A DNA stretch of 64,000 bases from Oscillospiraceae bacterium (GTDB taxonomy: Bacteria > Bacillota > Clostridia > UBA1381 > UMGS1253), in assembly GCA_015068725.1 (NCBI GenBank), contig SVKA01000006.1, positions 11,562 to 75,561 on the forward strand. The letters are read 5' to 3'. The notes beneath the pieces were generated by a model. The model saw only the letters and a list, made by a program, of their open reading frames with translations. It searched no databases and was not told the origin of the DNA. The position numbers and the translations under genes were made by a program. This document shows, piece by piece, positions 29,975 to 41,459 of this stretch; positions within the stretch are counted from its first letter, which is position 1; each line of letters begins with the position of its first letter.

Positions 29975-30940
29975 TTATTTTGCAACTATCGATGCCCATT
30001 CGCCCTTTTCGTGAACGTGTAAAATTTCAAAATCTGCTTTTTTAAGAGCGCTTTTTACATCGTTAATTCTTTCAAGTATTATTCCCGAGCAGATAAATAC
30101 GCCATCTGTTTTCATAACGGATTTTGCAAATGGCGCAAGAGCGATTATTACGTCTGCGACGATATTTGCAAGCACTATATCATATTTTTGCGAAGAAATT
30201 TTCTCTCTTGCATCGGTATCGGACAAAACATCTGCAGCAAGAGTAATGTACTCAGGCTCACCAAAACCGTTTTTCTGGGCATTTTCCATCGCTATTTTCG
30301 CGGCGTTGGGGTCGATGTCAACAGCCAAAGCATTTTTCGCCTTCAGAAGCAGAGCGATAATTGACAAAATACCGCTTCCGCATCCAAGGTCGAGTACGTT
30401 GTCGCCCTCTTTTATGTAGTTTTCAAGGCTTTCTATGCAAAGCTGTGTGCTCTGATGCGTGCCCGTGCCAAAGCTCATTCCGGGGTTTATGTTAAACACT
30501 GTGCGGCCTTCATCATCGTCAAGAATTTCCCATTCGGGCTTTACAAGAATGTGCTTGCCGACTTTGAGCGGTTTATAGTACTGTTTCCAATTTTCTGCCC
30601 AGTCCTGCTCGGACATATCCGTAAGAGAAATATCGAGTGTGCCGAAAATGCCCTCGCTGTCAAAAGCTTTCAGCGCAGCCATTGCTTCTTTTACTGCGAG
30701 TAGTTGTTCATGGCCGCTTTCGTTTTCAGTTACATAGATTTTTACAAGTGTAGGTGCACTTTTTTTATACATAAGTGATTCATCTACATAATCCCAGTAT
30801 TTTGTTTCGTTTTCTAAAAAGTCGTTAAAGTCAGCGGCGTCCTCAATTTCTGTCCCCGTAATGCCTATCGAATAAAGTCGTCCGCATACCGGCTCTATTC
30901 CTTGTGTTGTTGTTTGTATCGAAACCTGAATCCAATTCAT
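29975..30940 (-). CDS. prmA: Ribosomal protein L11 methyltransferase
   Basis: WAENWKQYYKP, FGTGTHQST and VLDLGCGSGILSI motifs. Confidence 0.9.
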   Translation of the reverse strand: MNWIQVSIQTTTQGIEPVCGRLYSIGITGTEIEDAADFNDFLENETKYWDYVDESLMYKKSAPTLVKIYVTENESGHEQLLAVKEAMAALKAFDSEGIFGTLDISLTDMSEQDWAENWKQYYKPLKVGKHILVKPEWEILDDDEGRTVFNINPGMSFGTGTHQSTQLCIESLENYIKEGDNVLDLGCGSGILSIIALLLKAKNALAVDIDPNAAKIAMENAQKNGFGEPEYITLAADVLSDTDAREKISSQKYDIVLANIVADVIIALAPFAKSVMKTDGVFICSGIILERINDVKSALKKADFEILHVHEKGEWASIVAK

Positions 30941-31139
30941 ATCGGCATACCTCTTTGTTTTTAAAATTATACGTCTTGTATAATCATTATAATTAGTATT
31001 TATGTTTTCTGCAAGTGTTTTTTTAAAACAATAACTTATAATGAGTAAACAAATTATGAATATATTTCTAAAATAATTGATTTTTTTCGGAAAAAGAGGT
31101 AAAATTTTAAATAAGAAACTGATAAAGGAGTGCGAATGT

Positions 31140-32870
31140 GTGTCGACAGTAGCAAAATATTTAAAACCATATATACCATATATGTTTTTAGTGCTTATAT
31201 TTGTATTTACAAGAGTGCTTTGCGACCTTGCTCTTCCGGGATATATGTCCGAAATTGTGGATAATGGAATTGCAAAAGGTGATATTTCTTACATTATATC
31301 AACGGGTGTTACGATGCTACTCGTATCACTTTTGGGTATTGGTGCGGCGGCGGCAAACAGCTTTACCGCTTCGTATATAGGTGCAAATACTGCAAAGCAT
31401 CTTCGTGATGATGTGTTTAAGAAAACAGAGGCGTTCTCGCTTGCAGAGTTTGACAAGTTTTCAACAGCATCGCTTATTACAAGAACGACAAACGATATTG
31501 TTCAGCTGCAAAATATTATAATAATGTTTATGCGCTTTATGATAACGGCGCCGATAATGGGTATAGGCGGAATTGTGCTTGCACTTCGCAAAAGCGTTTC
31601 AATGTCATGGACGATAGCGCTTGGCGTTATTATAATACTCGGCATGGTTTCAGTGCTGTTTTCGCTTACAATGCCGCGCTTTAAAATAATACAAAAGCTT
31701 ATTGACAGATTAAATCTTGTCAGCCGCGAAGGACTCAGCGGCGTAATGGTAATACGTGCATTTAAAAATCAGCCGTTATGGCAACAGCGCTTTGAAGATT
31801 CCAACAGCGCACTTACGAAAAACAACCTTTTTACGAGCAGAGTAATGAGCCTTATGCATCCGGCGATGATGCTCGTTATGAATATTATTACTGTGGTAAT
31901 TGTATATATAAGTGCCCGCTACATTGATATAGGTGCTCTTGACGTGGGCGATATGATGGCATTTATACAGTACGCATCACAGATTATGCATTCGTTTTTG
32001 ATGATGTCTATGATGTCAACGCATTTTCCGCGTGCGCTTGTTTCAGCAAACAGAGTAAAAGAAGTGCTTGAAACCGAGCCTGATATACAAGACCCCAAGG
32101 AGCCTGTTTGTTTTGATGAGAGCAAGCGTGGTGAGGTCAGATTTGAAAACGTAAGCTTTTATTACCCCGACGCAGACGAGGCGGCGCTTAAGGATATTTC
32201 ATTTGTTGCAGAGTCTGGAAAAACTACGGCAATAATCGGAAGTACCGGTTCGGGCAAATCGACGCTTGTAAATCTTATAATGCGTTTTTATGATGCAACC
32301 GATGGCGAGGTAATAGTTGACGGAGCAAACGTAAAAAATGTGTGTCAGAAAGCTTTGAGAGAGCGCATTGGCTATGTGCCGCAAAAGGGCATACTGTTTT
32401 CGGGCACAATAGAGTCGAATTTACGCTATGGCGATGAGAATGCTGACTGGCAGACTGTTTTGTCGGCAAGCCAGACTGCTCAGGCATCAGACTTTATAGA
32501 AGAAAAAGAAAAGGGCTATGAGAGCGAAATTTCTCAGGGTGGTACAAATGTGTCGGGTGGACAACGTCAAAGACTATCTATCGCCCGCGCACTTGTAAAA
32601 AAGAGCGAAATATATATCTTTGATGACAGCTTTTCGGCACTTGACTTTAAAACCGATGCCGCACTTAGAAGTGCGCTTAAAGAAAAGATGCAGGGAGCGA
32701 CACTTATAATTGTTGCGCAAAGAATTAATACAATTATGAATGCTGACCGGATAGTTGTCATGGACGAAGGAAAAGTGGTGGGCGTTGGCACACACCGCGA
32801 ACTTTTAAACAGCTGTGATGTATACAGACAGATTGCGTATACACAGCTTTCAGAGGAGGAATTAGCATGA
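31140..32870 (+). CDS. ABC transporter permease/ATPase, half of a heterodimeric exporter (degenerate-site subunit)
   Basis: 6-TM domain plus NBD. Walker A GSTGSGKST, signature VSGGQRQR, Walker B IYIFDDS (Asp in place of the catalytic Glu). GTG start 9 nt after AAAGGAG; the ORF-track TTG at 31077 is possible but less likely. Confidence 0.85.
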   Translation: MSTVAKYLKPYIPYMFLVLIFVFTRVLCDLALPGYMSEIVDNGIAKGDISYIISTGVTMLLVSLLGIGAAAANSFTASYIGANTAKHLRDDVFKKTEAFSLAEFDKFSTASLITRTTNDIVQLQNIIIMFMRFMITAPIMGIGGIVLALRKSVSMSWTIALGVIIILGMVSVLFSLTMPRFKIIQKLIDRLNLVSREGLSGVMVIRAFKNQPLWQQRFEDSNSALTKNNLFTSRVMSLMHPAMMLVMNIITVVIVYISARYIDIGALDVGDMMAFIQYASQIMHSFLMMSMMSTHFPRALVSANRVKEVLETEPDIQDPKEPVCFDESKRGEVRFENVSFYYPDADEAALKDISFVAESGKTTAIIGSTGSGKSTLVNLIMRFYDATDGEVIVDGANVKNVCQKALRERIGYVPQKGILFSGTIESNLRYGDENADWQTVLSASQTAQASDFIEEKEKGYESEISQGGTNVSGGQRQRLSIARALVKKSEIYIFDDSFSALDFKTDAALRSALKEKMQGATLIIVAQRINTIMNADRIVVMDEGKVVGVGTHRELLNSCDVYRQIAYTQLSEEELA

Positions 32871-34714
32871 GCCCGCCGCCAATGATGGGACCAAAGGGAA
32901 AGCCGGGTAATGGTGCAGGGGTTGCAGGCCCTATGGCACGTATGATGCCTGGTGTAAAAGCAAAAAACTTTAAACAAACAGTATCAAGACTTTTTAAGTA
33001 TATGGGACCTTATAAGGTTGCACTTTTGATGACGGTTATTTTTGCCGTGCTCTCAACAGTGTTTGATATTTTTGCACCGCTTGTGCTTGGCGAGGCTACA
33101 ACACTTATTTTCAATGGCGTCGTGCGCGACAAAACGGGTGTTGATTTTGTAGCTATAGGCTATATTATTATGAAGCTTTTAGCGGTGTACTTTGCGTGCA
33201 CATTCTTTACGTTTTTTCAAAGCTATCTTACAGCGGGAATATCGCAAAAAATTTCATACAAGATTCGTTATGATATTGCAAAGAAAATTGACCGTCTTCC
33301 CGTAAGCATGTTTGAATCGACCACGCACGGCGAGATACTCAGCCGTATAACAAATGATGTTGATACTGTGGCACAGACGCTTAATCAGGGTATTTCGCAG
33401 TCGATAACCTCTGTGATTACTATCAGTGGTATTATCGCGGTTATGTTTTCGATTAACGTATGGATGAGTCTTGTAACGCTTATAATATTGCCCGTAGTGC
33501 TTATATTTGTGCGTCTTATAGTAAAGGCGTCCAGCAAGTTTTACCGCGCTCAGCAAAAAACACTTGGCCAGATTAACGGCCATGTTGAAGAAATGTATTC
33601 AGGGCACAATGTCGTAAAGGCGTTTAACGGTGAAGAGTCATCAGTGAAAACCTTTACAGAGTATAGTGATATTTTGTGCAAAACCGCATGGAAATCGCAG
33701 GCACTTTCAGGTCTTATGATGCCTATGGTAAATTTTATAGGAAATGTCGGCTACGTTGTGATATGTATAATGGGTGGTGCTTTTGTTCTTGCGGGCACAC
33801 TTGAGGTAGGAAATATACAGTCCTTTATCCACTATATGCGCCACTTTACAAGGCCTATAAGCGAGGTTTCAAATATCGCAAACGTATTTCAGTCTACTGC
33901 AGCTGCGGCGGAAAGAGTGTTTGAGTTTTTGGACAGCGAGGAAGAGTGCGAGGAAACAAAAACGCCTGCAAGCACCGAAAATATAAAAGGCTTTGTAACA
34001 TTTGAGCATGTACGCTTTGGATATTTAAAGGACAAAATCGTAATCAAGGATTTTTCCTGCGAGGTACAAAGTGGTATGCAAGTGGCAATTGTTGGGCCGA
34101 CGGGTTCGGGCAAGACCACACTTGTAAAGCTTTTGATGCGTTATTACGATGTAAATGACGGAAGCATTAAAATTGACGGCGTTGATATACGCGATTTTAC
34201 AAGAGACGATTTGCGTTCGCAATTCGCAATGGTGCTTCAGGATACATGGCTGTTTAATGATACCGTAATGGAAAACATCAGATACGGAAAGCCCGATGCA
34301 ACCGATGAAGAGGTTATTGCAGCCGCAAAAACGGCGTGCGTTGACCGCTTTATACATCAGCTTGCGGGCGGATATAATATGGTGATAAACGAAGAGGCAA
34401 ATAATATATCCCAGGGACAAAAACAGCTTATCACAATTGCAAGAGCAGTTTTGGCAAATCCGCCGATGCTTATTTTGGACGAGGCGACAAGCTCTGTCGA
34501 TACAAGAACAGAGTCGCTTATACAAACGGCGATGAAAAATCTTATGAAGGACAGAACGAGCTTTGTGATTGCACACCGTCTTTCTACTATACGCGATGCA
34601 GATATGATATTGGTTGTAAATGACGGCGATGTTGTTGAAAGAGGTAACCATAGTGAGCTTATGGCGAAAAACGGATTTTATGCCGAGCTTTATAACAGTC
34701 AGTTTAAAAAATAA
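32867..34714 (+). CDS. ABC transporter permease/ATPase, half of a heterodimeric exporter (consensus-site subunit)
   Basis: Overlaps the upstream stop by 4 nt. Walker A GPTGSGKTT, Walker B LILDEATS, atypical signature ISQGQKQ. Confidence 0.88.
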   Translation: MSPPPMMGPKGKPGNGAGVAGPMARMMPGVKAKNFKQTVSRLFKYMGPYKVALLMTVIFAVLSTVFDIFAPLVLGEATTLIFNGVVRDKTGVDFVAIGYIIMKLLAVYFACTFFTFFQSYLTAGISQKISYKIRYDIAKKIDRLPVSMFESTTHGEILSRITNDVDTVAQTLNQGISQSITSVITISGIIAVMFSINVWMSLVTLIILPVVLIFVRLIVKASSKFYRAQQKTLGQINGHVEEMYSGHNVVKAFNGEESSVKTFTEYSDILCKTAWKSQALSGLMMPMVNFIGNVGYVVICIMGGAFVLAGTLEVGNIQSFIHYMRHFTRPISEVSNIANVFQSTAAAAERVFEFLDSEEECEETKTPASTENIKGFVTFEHVRFGYLKDKIVIKDFSCEVQSGMQVAIVGPTGSGKTTLVKLLMRYYDVNDGSIKIDGVDIRDFTRDDLRSQFAMVLQDTWLFNDTVMENIRYGKPDATDEEVIAAAKTACVDRFIHQLAGGYNMVINEEANNISQGQKQLITIARAVLANPPMLILDEATSSVDTRTESLIQTAMKNLMKDRTSFVIAHRLSTIRDADMILVVNDGDVVERGNHSELMAKNGFYAELYNSQFKK

Positions 34715-34723
34715 AAAAGTTGC

Positions 34724-34756
34724 CGCAGGGCTTTGCAAATACAGCGAAGTCCTGCG
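34724..34756 (+). terminator. Terminator after the ABC pair
   Basis: CGCAGGGCTT...AAGTCCTGCG stem (one mismatch) followed by a T-rich tail. Confidence 0.55.
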
Positions 34757-34888
34757 TTAAATTTTGTATAAAAAAATAATTTAAGAAAAAAATCTTTGAC
34801 AAACGGATAATTTTGTAGTAATGTATTAAATCGTAGAGTATATTAAAATGAAGTTTTTAAATTTTGGGGAAAAATCGGGAGGGAGAGT

Positions 34889-36106
34889 ATGTCAAAAGAG
34901 CAGTATTGGCTATGGCTTGTAAATTTGCCGTCTATAAGCTCGACAAAAATCACCCTTCTGTTAGAAAGATTTGAAACTGTAGAAAAAATATATCAGGCAC
35001 AGAAAAGTGATTTTGAGGGTATTGACAAAATAGGTAAGCGTGAGATAGATGCACTTTGCAACAAAGACCTTGCAAAAGCAAACGAAATTATAAAAAAGCT
35101 TGATGAGGTAGGAGCTTATACGCTATGTTTTGATGACAAGCATTATCCTGATATGTTAAGATATTGTTATGAGCCACCGTATGTTTTGTATGCCATGGGC
35201 GAAAAGCTTGATTTTGACAAGATGCTTTTTATTTCGGTGGTGGGCTCGCGCGAGTGCAGTGATTATGGAATTGATGCAACTGACGAAATATGCACCGAAC
35301 TTGCACAAAACGGTGTCGTAATTGTGAGCGGAATGGCCAGAGGTATTGACTCTGCAGCGCACAGAAGTGCACTTAAAGCAGGTGCTAAGACTGTGGCGTT
35401 TTTAGGATGCGGAATTGATGTGGTTTATCCACCTGAAAATGACGAGCTTATGCAAGCGATTGCTAAAAATGGTATGCTTATAACCGAGTTTGCACCGGGA
35501 ACAGCGCCGTATTCTAAAAATTTTCCGATACGAAACAGGCTTATCGGAGCGTTTTCACGTGGGGTTTTGCTTGTCGAAGCAAGAGAGAAAAGCGGAACGC
35601 TTATTACGGCAAATTGGGCGCTTGAAAATGGCAGGGATGTTTTCGCTTTGCCGGGAGATTATAACCGCGAAGGCTCGGCAGGCTGCAACGAGCTTATAAA
35701 AAGCGGCGGGGCAAAGCTTGTAATGTGCGCAGAGGATATACTTGAAGAATATGTCTACGAGCTTGAAAATATGGATATGGGAAAATACGGCAGAGCTGAG
35801 CCTGTGTTTGTAGAGGTTGCTGCAAGAAAGCAAAGCAAAAAAGCGCATAACGAAAATAATAGTGTAAATAATGAAAGTAATAAGGATAATAAGAAAAATA
35901 TTGATGTAAACAATCCGCGTTATGACGTGCTTGATGAAAAGCAAAAGCATATAATTGAGCTTTTGGCAAATGGCGATATGCATATTGACCGGATATGCAG
36001 AGCCGTTGATATGAGCGCGTCAGAGGCAGCAGCGGCACTTACAATAATGGAGCTTTACGGCTTTGTTGTTGCGCTTGCAGGTAAAATGTTTACATTAAAC
36101 ATATAA
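34889..36106 (+). CDS. dprA: DNA-processing protein DprA
   Basis: Rossmann core with SGMARGIDSAAHRSAL and an FPIRNR motif. An N/K-rich linker precedes the C-terminal winged-helix-like domain. Confidence 0.88.
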   Translation: MSKEQYWLWLVNLPSISSTKITLLLERFETVEKIYQAQKSDFEGIDKIGKREIDALCNKDLAKANEIIKKLDEVGAYTLCFDDKHYPDMLRYCYEPPYVLYAMGEKLDFDKMLFISVVGSRECSDYGIDATDEICTELAQNGVVIVSGMARGIDSAAHRSALKAGAKTVAFLGCGIDVVYPPENDELMQAIAKNGMLITEFAPGTAPYSKNFPIRNRLIGAFSRGVLLVEAREKSGTLITANWALENGRDVFALPGDYNREGSAGCNELIKSGGAKLVMCAEDILEEYVYELENMDMGKYGRAEPVFVEVAARKQSKKAHNENNSVNNESNKDNKKNIDVNNPRYDVLDEKQKHIIELLANGDMHIDRICRAVDMSASEAAAALTIMELYGFVVALAGKMFTLNI

Positions 36107-36188
36107 AATTCAGAGCGTATCCCACTTTTGCAGATGGGATATGTGAGCCTGATAAAGTTTTAATGAAAGAAAGGCTGTGAAAAATAAA

Positions 36189-38282
36189 ATGTCAAAAAAG
36201 CTTGTTATAGTTGAGTCGCCGTCAAAGGCGAAAACAATAAAAAAATACCTTGGCTCGACGTATAGTGTCGAGGCTTCGATGGGACATATTATAGACCTTC
36301 CGAAAAGTCAGATGGGTGTTGATATTGACAAGGATTTCGAGCCGCACTATATCACAATAAGGGGAAAGGGAGAGCTTCTTTCAAAGCTTAAAAAAGAAGC
36401 AAAAGCAGCAGATAAGGTTTATCTTGCAACTGACCCTGACCGCGAGGGTGAGGCTATAAGCTGGCATCTGGCGCATGCGCTTGAGCTTGATGAGAATGTA
36501 GCTTGCCGTGTTACATTTAATGAGATTACAAAGGCTGCGGTGCAAAAGGCTATAAAGGAGCCAAGAAGCATTGACCAAAGCCTTGTTGATGCACAGCAGG
36601 CAAGAAGAGTGCTTGACAGAATTGTTGGTTATAAAATAAGCCCTATTTTGTGGAAAAAGGTTAAAAAGGGTCTCAGCGCAGGCCGTGTGCAATCTGTTGC
36701 AACGCGTCTTATTTGCGACCGCGAAGAAGAAATTGAGGCATTTGTACCACAGGAATACTGGACAATTGTGGCAGAGCTTACAGAGCCAAATTCCAAAAAA
36801 AGCTTTAAGGCGACATATCATGGTAAGGGCAAAAACAAGGTTGAGATAAAAAATGAAAAGGAAGCACTTTCGATATATAATGAGGTAAAGGATGCCGATT
36901 TTATTGTATCGAGCGTAAAAACAAGCGACGTAAAGCGTTCACCTGCGCCGCCGTTTACTACATCAACTATGCAGCAGGAGGCGTCAAGAAAAATAAACTT
37001 CCAGTCAAGAAAAACAATGCAGACGGCGCAGACTCTGTACGAAGGTGTCGATATAAAAGGAATTGGTACTGTCGGACTTATTACGTATATGCGTACCGAC
37101 TCGACACGTATAGCGACAGAGGCACAGTACGCTGCACGTGATTATATTAATGCAAATTATGGCGAAAATTATGCGCCGAAAAGCTTTCGTTACTATAAGA
37201 GCCGTAAAAACGCTCAGGATGCTCACGAGGCAATCAGACCGACAGATGTATCGCTTACACCTGCTCGCATAAAAGAATCGCTTACAAATGACCAATACAA
37301 GCTTTATAAGCTTATCTGGGAGCGTTTTGTGGCAAGTCAGATGAAAGATGCCATTATAGAGTCTACTGCGTGTGATATCGAGGCGAACGGACATATATTT
37401 AAGGCAGCTGGTACAAAAGTAAAGTTTGATGGCTTTATGAAGGTATATATAGAAGGTACAGATACAGAAAAGCAGAAGGAAACAGCACTTCCGTTGCTTA
37501 CAGAAAAAGAAACACTTAAACTGAAAAATATAGAACAAAAACAGCACTTTACACAGCCGCCGGCTCGCTATACAGAGGCAAGCCTTGTAAAGATGCTTGA
37601 AGAAGAGGGCATTGGAAGACCGTCTACGTTTGCACCGACAATTACGACAATTCTTGCACGTGGATATGTTACGCGTGATAAAAAGTCGCTTATACCAACA
37701 GAGCTTGGACGCGTAACCACGCAGCTTTTAAAAGAGAATTTTAAAGATATTGTTGATGTGGATTTTACAGCAAGCATGGAAAGTCAGCTTGACAGCGTTG
37801 AAAGCGGCGATGCAAAGTGGAAGGAAATTATAAAAGAGTTTTATTACCCATTTGCCGAAAGCGTAAAAACCGCAGAAGAAAGCGTAAACCGCATTAAGAT
37901 TGCAGATGAGGTAAGCGACGTTGTGTGTGAAAAGTGCGGACGAATGATGGTTTATAAAATGGGCCGATATGGAAAGTTTTTGGCATGTCCGGGATTTCCA
38001 GAGTGTCGAAATGCAAAGCCTATTGTTATAGAGGCGGGTGTTGATTGCCCGAAATGCGGAAAGAAAGTGCTTGTAAAGAAGAGTAAATCAGGAAGAACAT
38101 ATTACGGCTGCGAGGATAATCCGAAGTGTGATTTTATGACGTGGGATACACCGGTCAAGGACAAACAATGTCCAAAATGCGGCTCGCTGCTTCTTAAGAA
38201 AAATATGCGCGGACCGAAAAAGACAGTTTGTGCAAACGAAAATTGTGATTATGAAACGGGCGGTAAAAAAAGTGAGAGTTAA
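36189..38282 (+). CDS. topA: DNA topoisomerase I
   Basis: [19 protein letters not shown], active-site region YMRTDST and three C-terminal CxxC...CxxC zinc ribbons. The start could instead be GTG 36177. Confidence 0.93.
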   Translation: MSKKLVIVESPSKAKTIKKYLGSTYSVEASMGHIIDLPKSQMGVDIDKDFEPHYITIRGKGELLSKLKKEAKAADKVYLATDPDREGEAISWHLAHALELDENVACRVTFNEITKAAVQKAIKEPRSIDQSLVDAQQARRVLDRIVGYKISPILWKKVKKGLSAGRVQSVATRLICDREEEIEAFVPQEYWTIVAELTEPNSKKSFKATYHGKGKNKVEIKNEKEALSIYNEVKDADFIVSSVKTSDVKRSPAPPFTTSTMQQEASRKINFQSRKTMQTAQTLYEGVDIKGIGTVGLITYMRTDSTRIATEAQYAARDYINANYGENYAPKSFRYYKSRKNAQDAHEAIRPTDVSLTPARIKESLTNDQYKLYKLIWERFVASQMKDAIIESTACDIEANGHIFKAAGTKVKFDGFMKVYIEGTDTEKQKETALPLLTEKETLKLKNIEQKQHFTQPPARYTEASLVKMLEEEGIGRPSTFAPTITTILARGYVTRDKKSLIPTELGRVTTQLLKENFKDIVDVDFTASMESQLDSVESGDAKWKEIIKEFYYPFAESVKTAEESVNRIKIADEVSDVVCEKCGRMMVYKMGRYGKFLACPGFPECRNAKPIVIEAGVDCPKCGKKVLVKKSKSGRTYYGCEDNPKCDFMTWDTPVKDKQCPKCGSLLLKKNMRGPKKTVCANENCDYETGGKKSES

Positions 38283-39576
38283 TGTAATCGGCGCCGGTCT
38301 TGCCGGATGCGAGGCTGCGTGGCAGCTTGCAAACAGAAATGTGCAGGTGCGCCTTTATGAGATGAAACCAAAAAAACATTCACCTGCGCATCACAGCGAC
38401 AATTTTGCCGAGCTTGTGTGCAGTAATTCGCTTCGTTCGGACCAGATTTTTAATGCGGTAGGCCTTTTGAAAGAAGAAATGCGCCATCTTAGCTCTGTTA
38501 TTATAGAGTGTGCTGACAAAACCCGTGTGCCCGCAGGAGGCGCTCTTGCGGTTGACCGCGAGGGCTTTTCGGCTATGATTACCGAAAAAATCAAAGGGCA
38601 TGAAAACATTGAGGTAATAAATGAAGAGGTTAGCCACATAAATGAGGATGAGTATACAATAGTTGCCTCGGGGCCGCTTACGAGCGATGCGCTATCAAAT
38701 GAAATTGCGCGCATTACGGGCACAGAATATCTGCATTTTTTTGATGCTGCGGCGCCACTTGTTACGCGCGAAAGCATTGATATGGAAAATGCGTTTTTTG
38801 CTGCGCGCTATGACAGGGGCGAGGCGGACTATATAAACTGCCCTATGAATAAAGAAGAGTATGAGGCGTTTTACAGAGAGATTATAAATGCAGATACAGC
38901 AGAGCTTAAAGAATTTGAAAATGGCAAGGTGTTTGAAGGATGTATGCCCGTCGAGGTTATGGCATCGCGTGGTATACAGACGCTTCTTTTCGGGCCGTTA
39001 AAGCCCGTTGGAATTACAAATCCAAAGACGGGCAAGGACGATTTTTATGCTGTGATACAGCTTCGTCAGGACAATGCCGATGCAACGCTTTATAATATCG
39101 TAGGCTTTCAGACGCATTTAAAATTTGGCGAGCAAAAACGTGTATTTTCAATGATACCTGCGCTAAAAAATGCAGAGTTTGTGCGTTATGGTGTTATGCA
39201 CAGAAACACATTTTTGAATTCGCCTGACCTTTTAGATAAATATTATCGTTTAAAATCAAATGAGAAAATATATTTTGCAGGTCAGATTACGGGCGTGGAA
39301 GGCTATGTCGAATCAGCCTCATCGGGACTTTTGGCGGGAATAAATTTGTCGCGTGTACTAAGCGGGGATGAGCCGATAGATTTTACGACTAAAACGGCGA
39401 TAGGTGCGCTTTCTAATTACGTTTCAAATCCTACTGTAAATGATTTTCAGCCGATGAATGTAAACTTTGGCATAATAGCTTCGCTTGATGAAAGAATAAA
39501 AAACAAGCGTGAAAGATACGAAAAAATATCTGAGCGCGCACTTTTGACGCTTGATGAAATTGCAAAGAACTTATAA
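38251..39576 (+). CDS. trmFO: Methylenetetrahydrofolate--tRNA-(uracil54-C5)-methyltransferase
   Basis: [21 protein letters not shown] loop and the dprA-topA-trmFO synteny typical of Firmicutes. Overlaps the topA 3' end; the exact start (38230, 38251 or 38272) is uncertain. Confidence 0.9.
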   Translation: MKRAVKKVRVNVIGAGLAGCEAAWQLANRNVQVRLYEMKPKKHSPAHHSDNFAELVCSNSLRSDQIFNAVGLLKEEMRHLSSVIIECADKTRVPAGGALAVDREGFSAMITEKIKGHENIEVINEEVSHINEDEYTIVASGPLTSDALSNEIARITGTEYLHFFDAAAPLVTRESIDMENAFFAARYDRGEADYINCPMNKEEYEAFYREIINADTAELKEFENGKVFEGCMPVEVMASRGIQTLLFGPLKPVGITNPKTGKDDFYAVIQLRQDNADATLYNIVGFQTHLKFGEQKRVFSMIPALKNAEFVRYGVMHRNTFLNSPDLLDKYYRLKSNEKIYFAGQITGVEGYVESASSGLLAGINLSRVLSGDEPIDFTTKTAIGALSNYVSNPTVNDFQPMNVNFGIIASLDERIKNKRERYEKISERALLTLDEIAKNL

Positions 39577-39587
39577 GGAGTATGGGT

Positions 39588-40574
39588 ATGCTTGAACCGT
39601 TAAAGATGGCCCCTGTGTTTAAAGAAGCGATATGGGGCGGCACTACACTTAAAACAAAATACCAAAAGCCAATTGTTTCTGACAAAACGAGCGAATCGTG
39701 GGAAATTGCGGCTCATAAAAACGGGCAAAGTCGTGTGTGTGGCGGAAAATATGATGGTTATACTTTAAATGAAATTTCGGATAAGCTTAAAGAAAAGCTG
39801 CTTGGAGATTATGTATTAAAAACATCTCCTGACAAATTTCCGCTGCTTGTAAAGCTCTTAGATTGCAACGACAAGCTGAGCGTGCAGGTGCATCCTGATG
39901 ATGAGTATGCGTTTTTAAATGAAAACGGCGAGCTTGGAAAAACGGAGATGTGGTACATACTTGATGCAAAACCGGGCGCAAAGCTTATTTACGGATTTAA
40001 TAAGGATGTAAGCCGCGAGGAGTTTAAAAGTGCTGTTGAAAACGGCACTCTTGAAAAAATATTAAATTATGTGCCCGCACAGACGGGAGACTGCTTTTTT
40101 ATCCCGTCGCGCACACTTCACGCACTTTTAGACGGACTTTTAGTGGCAGAAATTCAGCAAAATTCTGATACTACATATCGTGTGTATGATCATGGACGAG
40201 TTGATAAAAATGGAAAAAGCCGTGAACTTCATATAGATAAGTCGGTAGACGTTACTGATTTATCGTGTGGTGTCGGAAACGAAAAAGTTATACAAAAAGC
40301 ATATGAGCTTGATGGCGGAGTAAGGTATGACTTGTGTAAATGCAAATATTTTTGCACACAAAAATATGTTGTAGAGGAAAGTATAGAACTTGAAACTGGC
40401 AACCAAAGCTTTGAAACGATTATTGTATGCGCGGGGAGCGGCGAAATCACCTATGATGGCGGCAGTATGGATATAAACGAGGGTGAGAGTATTGTTTTAC
40501 CGGCGTATCTTGGAAAATATAAAATTTGCGGAGAGTGTGAGCTTTTAAAAAGCTACGTTCCGCACGAAGAGTAA
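39588..40574 (+). CDS. manA: Class I mannose-6-phosphate isomerase
   Basis: Cupin motifs SESWEI, LSVQVHPDD, KTEMWYIL and LHAL. The second ATG has better RBS spacing (AAGGAG, 7 nt). Confidence 0.8.
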   Translation: MLEPLKMAPVFKEAIWGGTTLKTKYQKPIVSDKTSESWEIAAHKNGQSRVCGGKYDGYTLNEISDKLKEKLLGDYVLKTSPDKFPLLVKLLDCNDKLSVQVHPDDEYAFLNENGELGKTEMWYILDAKPGAKLIYGFNKDVSREEFKSAVENGTLEKILNYVPAQTGDCFFIPSRTLHALLDGLLVAEIQQNSDTTYRVYDHGRVDKNGKSRELHIDKSVDVTDLSCGVGNEKVIQKAYELDGGVRYDLCKCKYFCTQKYVVEESIELETGNQSFETIIVCAGSGEITYDGGSMDINEGESIVLPAYLGKYKICGECELLKSYVPHEE

Positions 40575-40585
40575 AATAGTATAAA

Positions 40586-40610
40586 AAAGCCTGCTTATTA
40601 AGCAGGCTTT
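40586..40610. terminator. Bidirectional terminator between manA and cassette A
   Basis: AAAGCCTGCT-tatta-AGCAGGCTTT flanked by A and T runs. Confidence 0.8.
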
Positions 40611-40614
40611 CAAT

Positions 40615-41457
40615 TTATAAAATTTCGTTAAGCTTTTTTATTGCATCAAGGAACGCAACTTGCTGATTTTCGTATTTATACGGATTGTCAAAGGTTTTGT
40701 CGGTAAGAGAGCTTAAATTATCAAATGTGAGAAGATGCGGCTCGAGTGTGATGATAACATCGCGCTCGTATTCGCTTCTGTATGCCTTTAATATCTCACC
40801 AAGCTTTGCCTCGCCTTTTCCGGGAGGAACGATTGCGCCTGTGCTGAAGCTATCTTTTATATGGAAATACTCGATGTGGTCTTTTAAAAGGTTATATGCA
40901 TGAGGATAAGTTTCGTAGTTATCCAATACAAAGTTTCCTGCATCGAAAACACATTTTAATTTTCCGCCAAATTCATTAAACAAATCAAGGCAACGCTCGG
41001 GGCTTTCGCCGTATATGCCTGCTTCGTTTTCGTGGCAAAGCACAACGTCAAAGTTGCTGGCAGTATCTAAAAGTGCGCCAACCCAATCCATAACCTGCGC
41101 TCTGCAATCATCACGTGTTTTTCCCTTTGGAATATAAAAGCTGAACATTCTTATATTTTTTGTATTTAGCTTTTCGGCAATTGAAAACGTTCTCTTTGCT
41201 TTTTCAAGATGCGCAGCCAAATCGTCTTCAAGGCTTATCTTTCCGAGTGGTGAGCCAAGTGCGGAAAGCGTGATGCCTGTTTTTTCAAGCTTGCTTTTTA
41301 TTTCTGATACATGCTCATCTGTCAAATCCGAAACATTTACTCCGTCTGCAAAGCGAAGCTCGAGCTTTTCAAAATCATTTTGACAAAGCACCTCAAGTTG
41401 TTTATCGATTGATGCATCATATTCGTCTGCAAAACCTGAAAGTATTATTCTGCCCAT
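40615..41457 (-). CDS. Xylose-isomerase-like TIM barrel protein (sugar phosphate isomerase/epimerase family), cassette A gene 3
   Basis: 280 aa with LCHENEAGIYG, VFDAGNF, FHIKD and ITLEPHL patterns. The start is 2 nt from the upstream stop. Confidence 0.75.
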   Translation of the reverse strand: MGRIILSGFADEYDASIDKQLEVLCQNDFEKLELRFADGVNVSDLTDEHVSEIKSKLEKTGITLSALGSPLGKISLEDDLAAHLEKAKRTFSIAEKLNTKNIRMFSFYIPKGKTRDDCRAQVMDWVGALLDTASNFDVVLCHENEAGIYGESPERCLDLFNEFGGKLKCVFDAGNFVLDNYETYPHAYNLLKDHIEYFHIKDSFSTGAIVPPGKGEAKLGEILKAYRSEYERDVIITLEPHLLTFDNLSSLTDKTFDNPYKYENQQVAFLDAIKKLNEIL

Positions 41458-41459
41458 TA

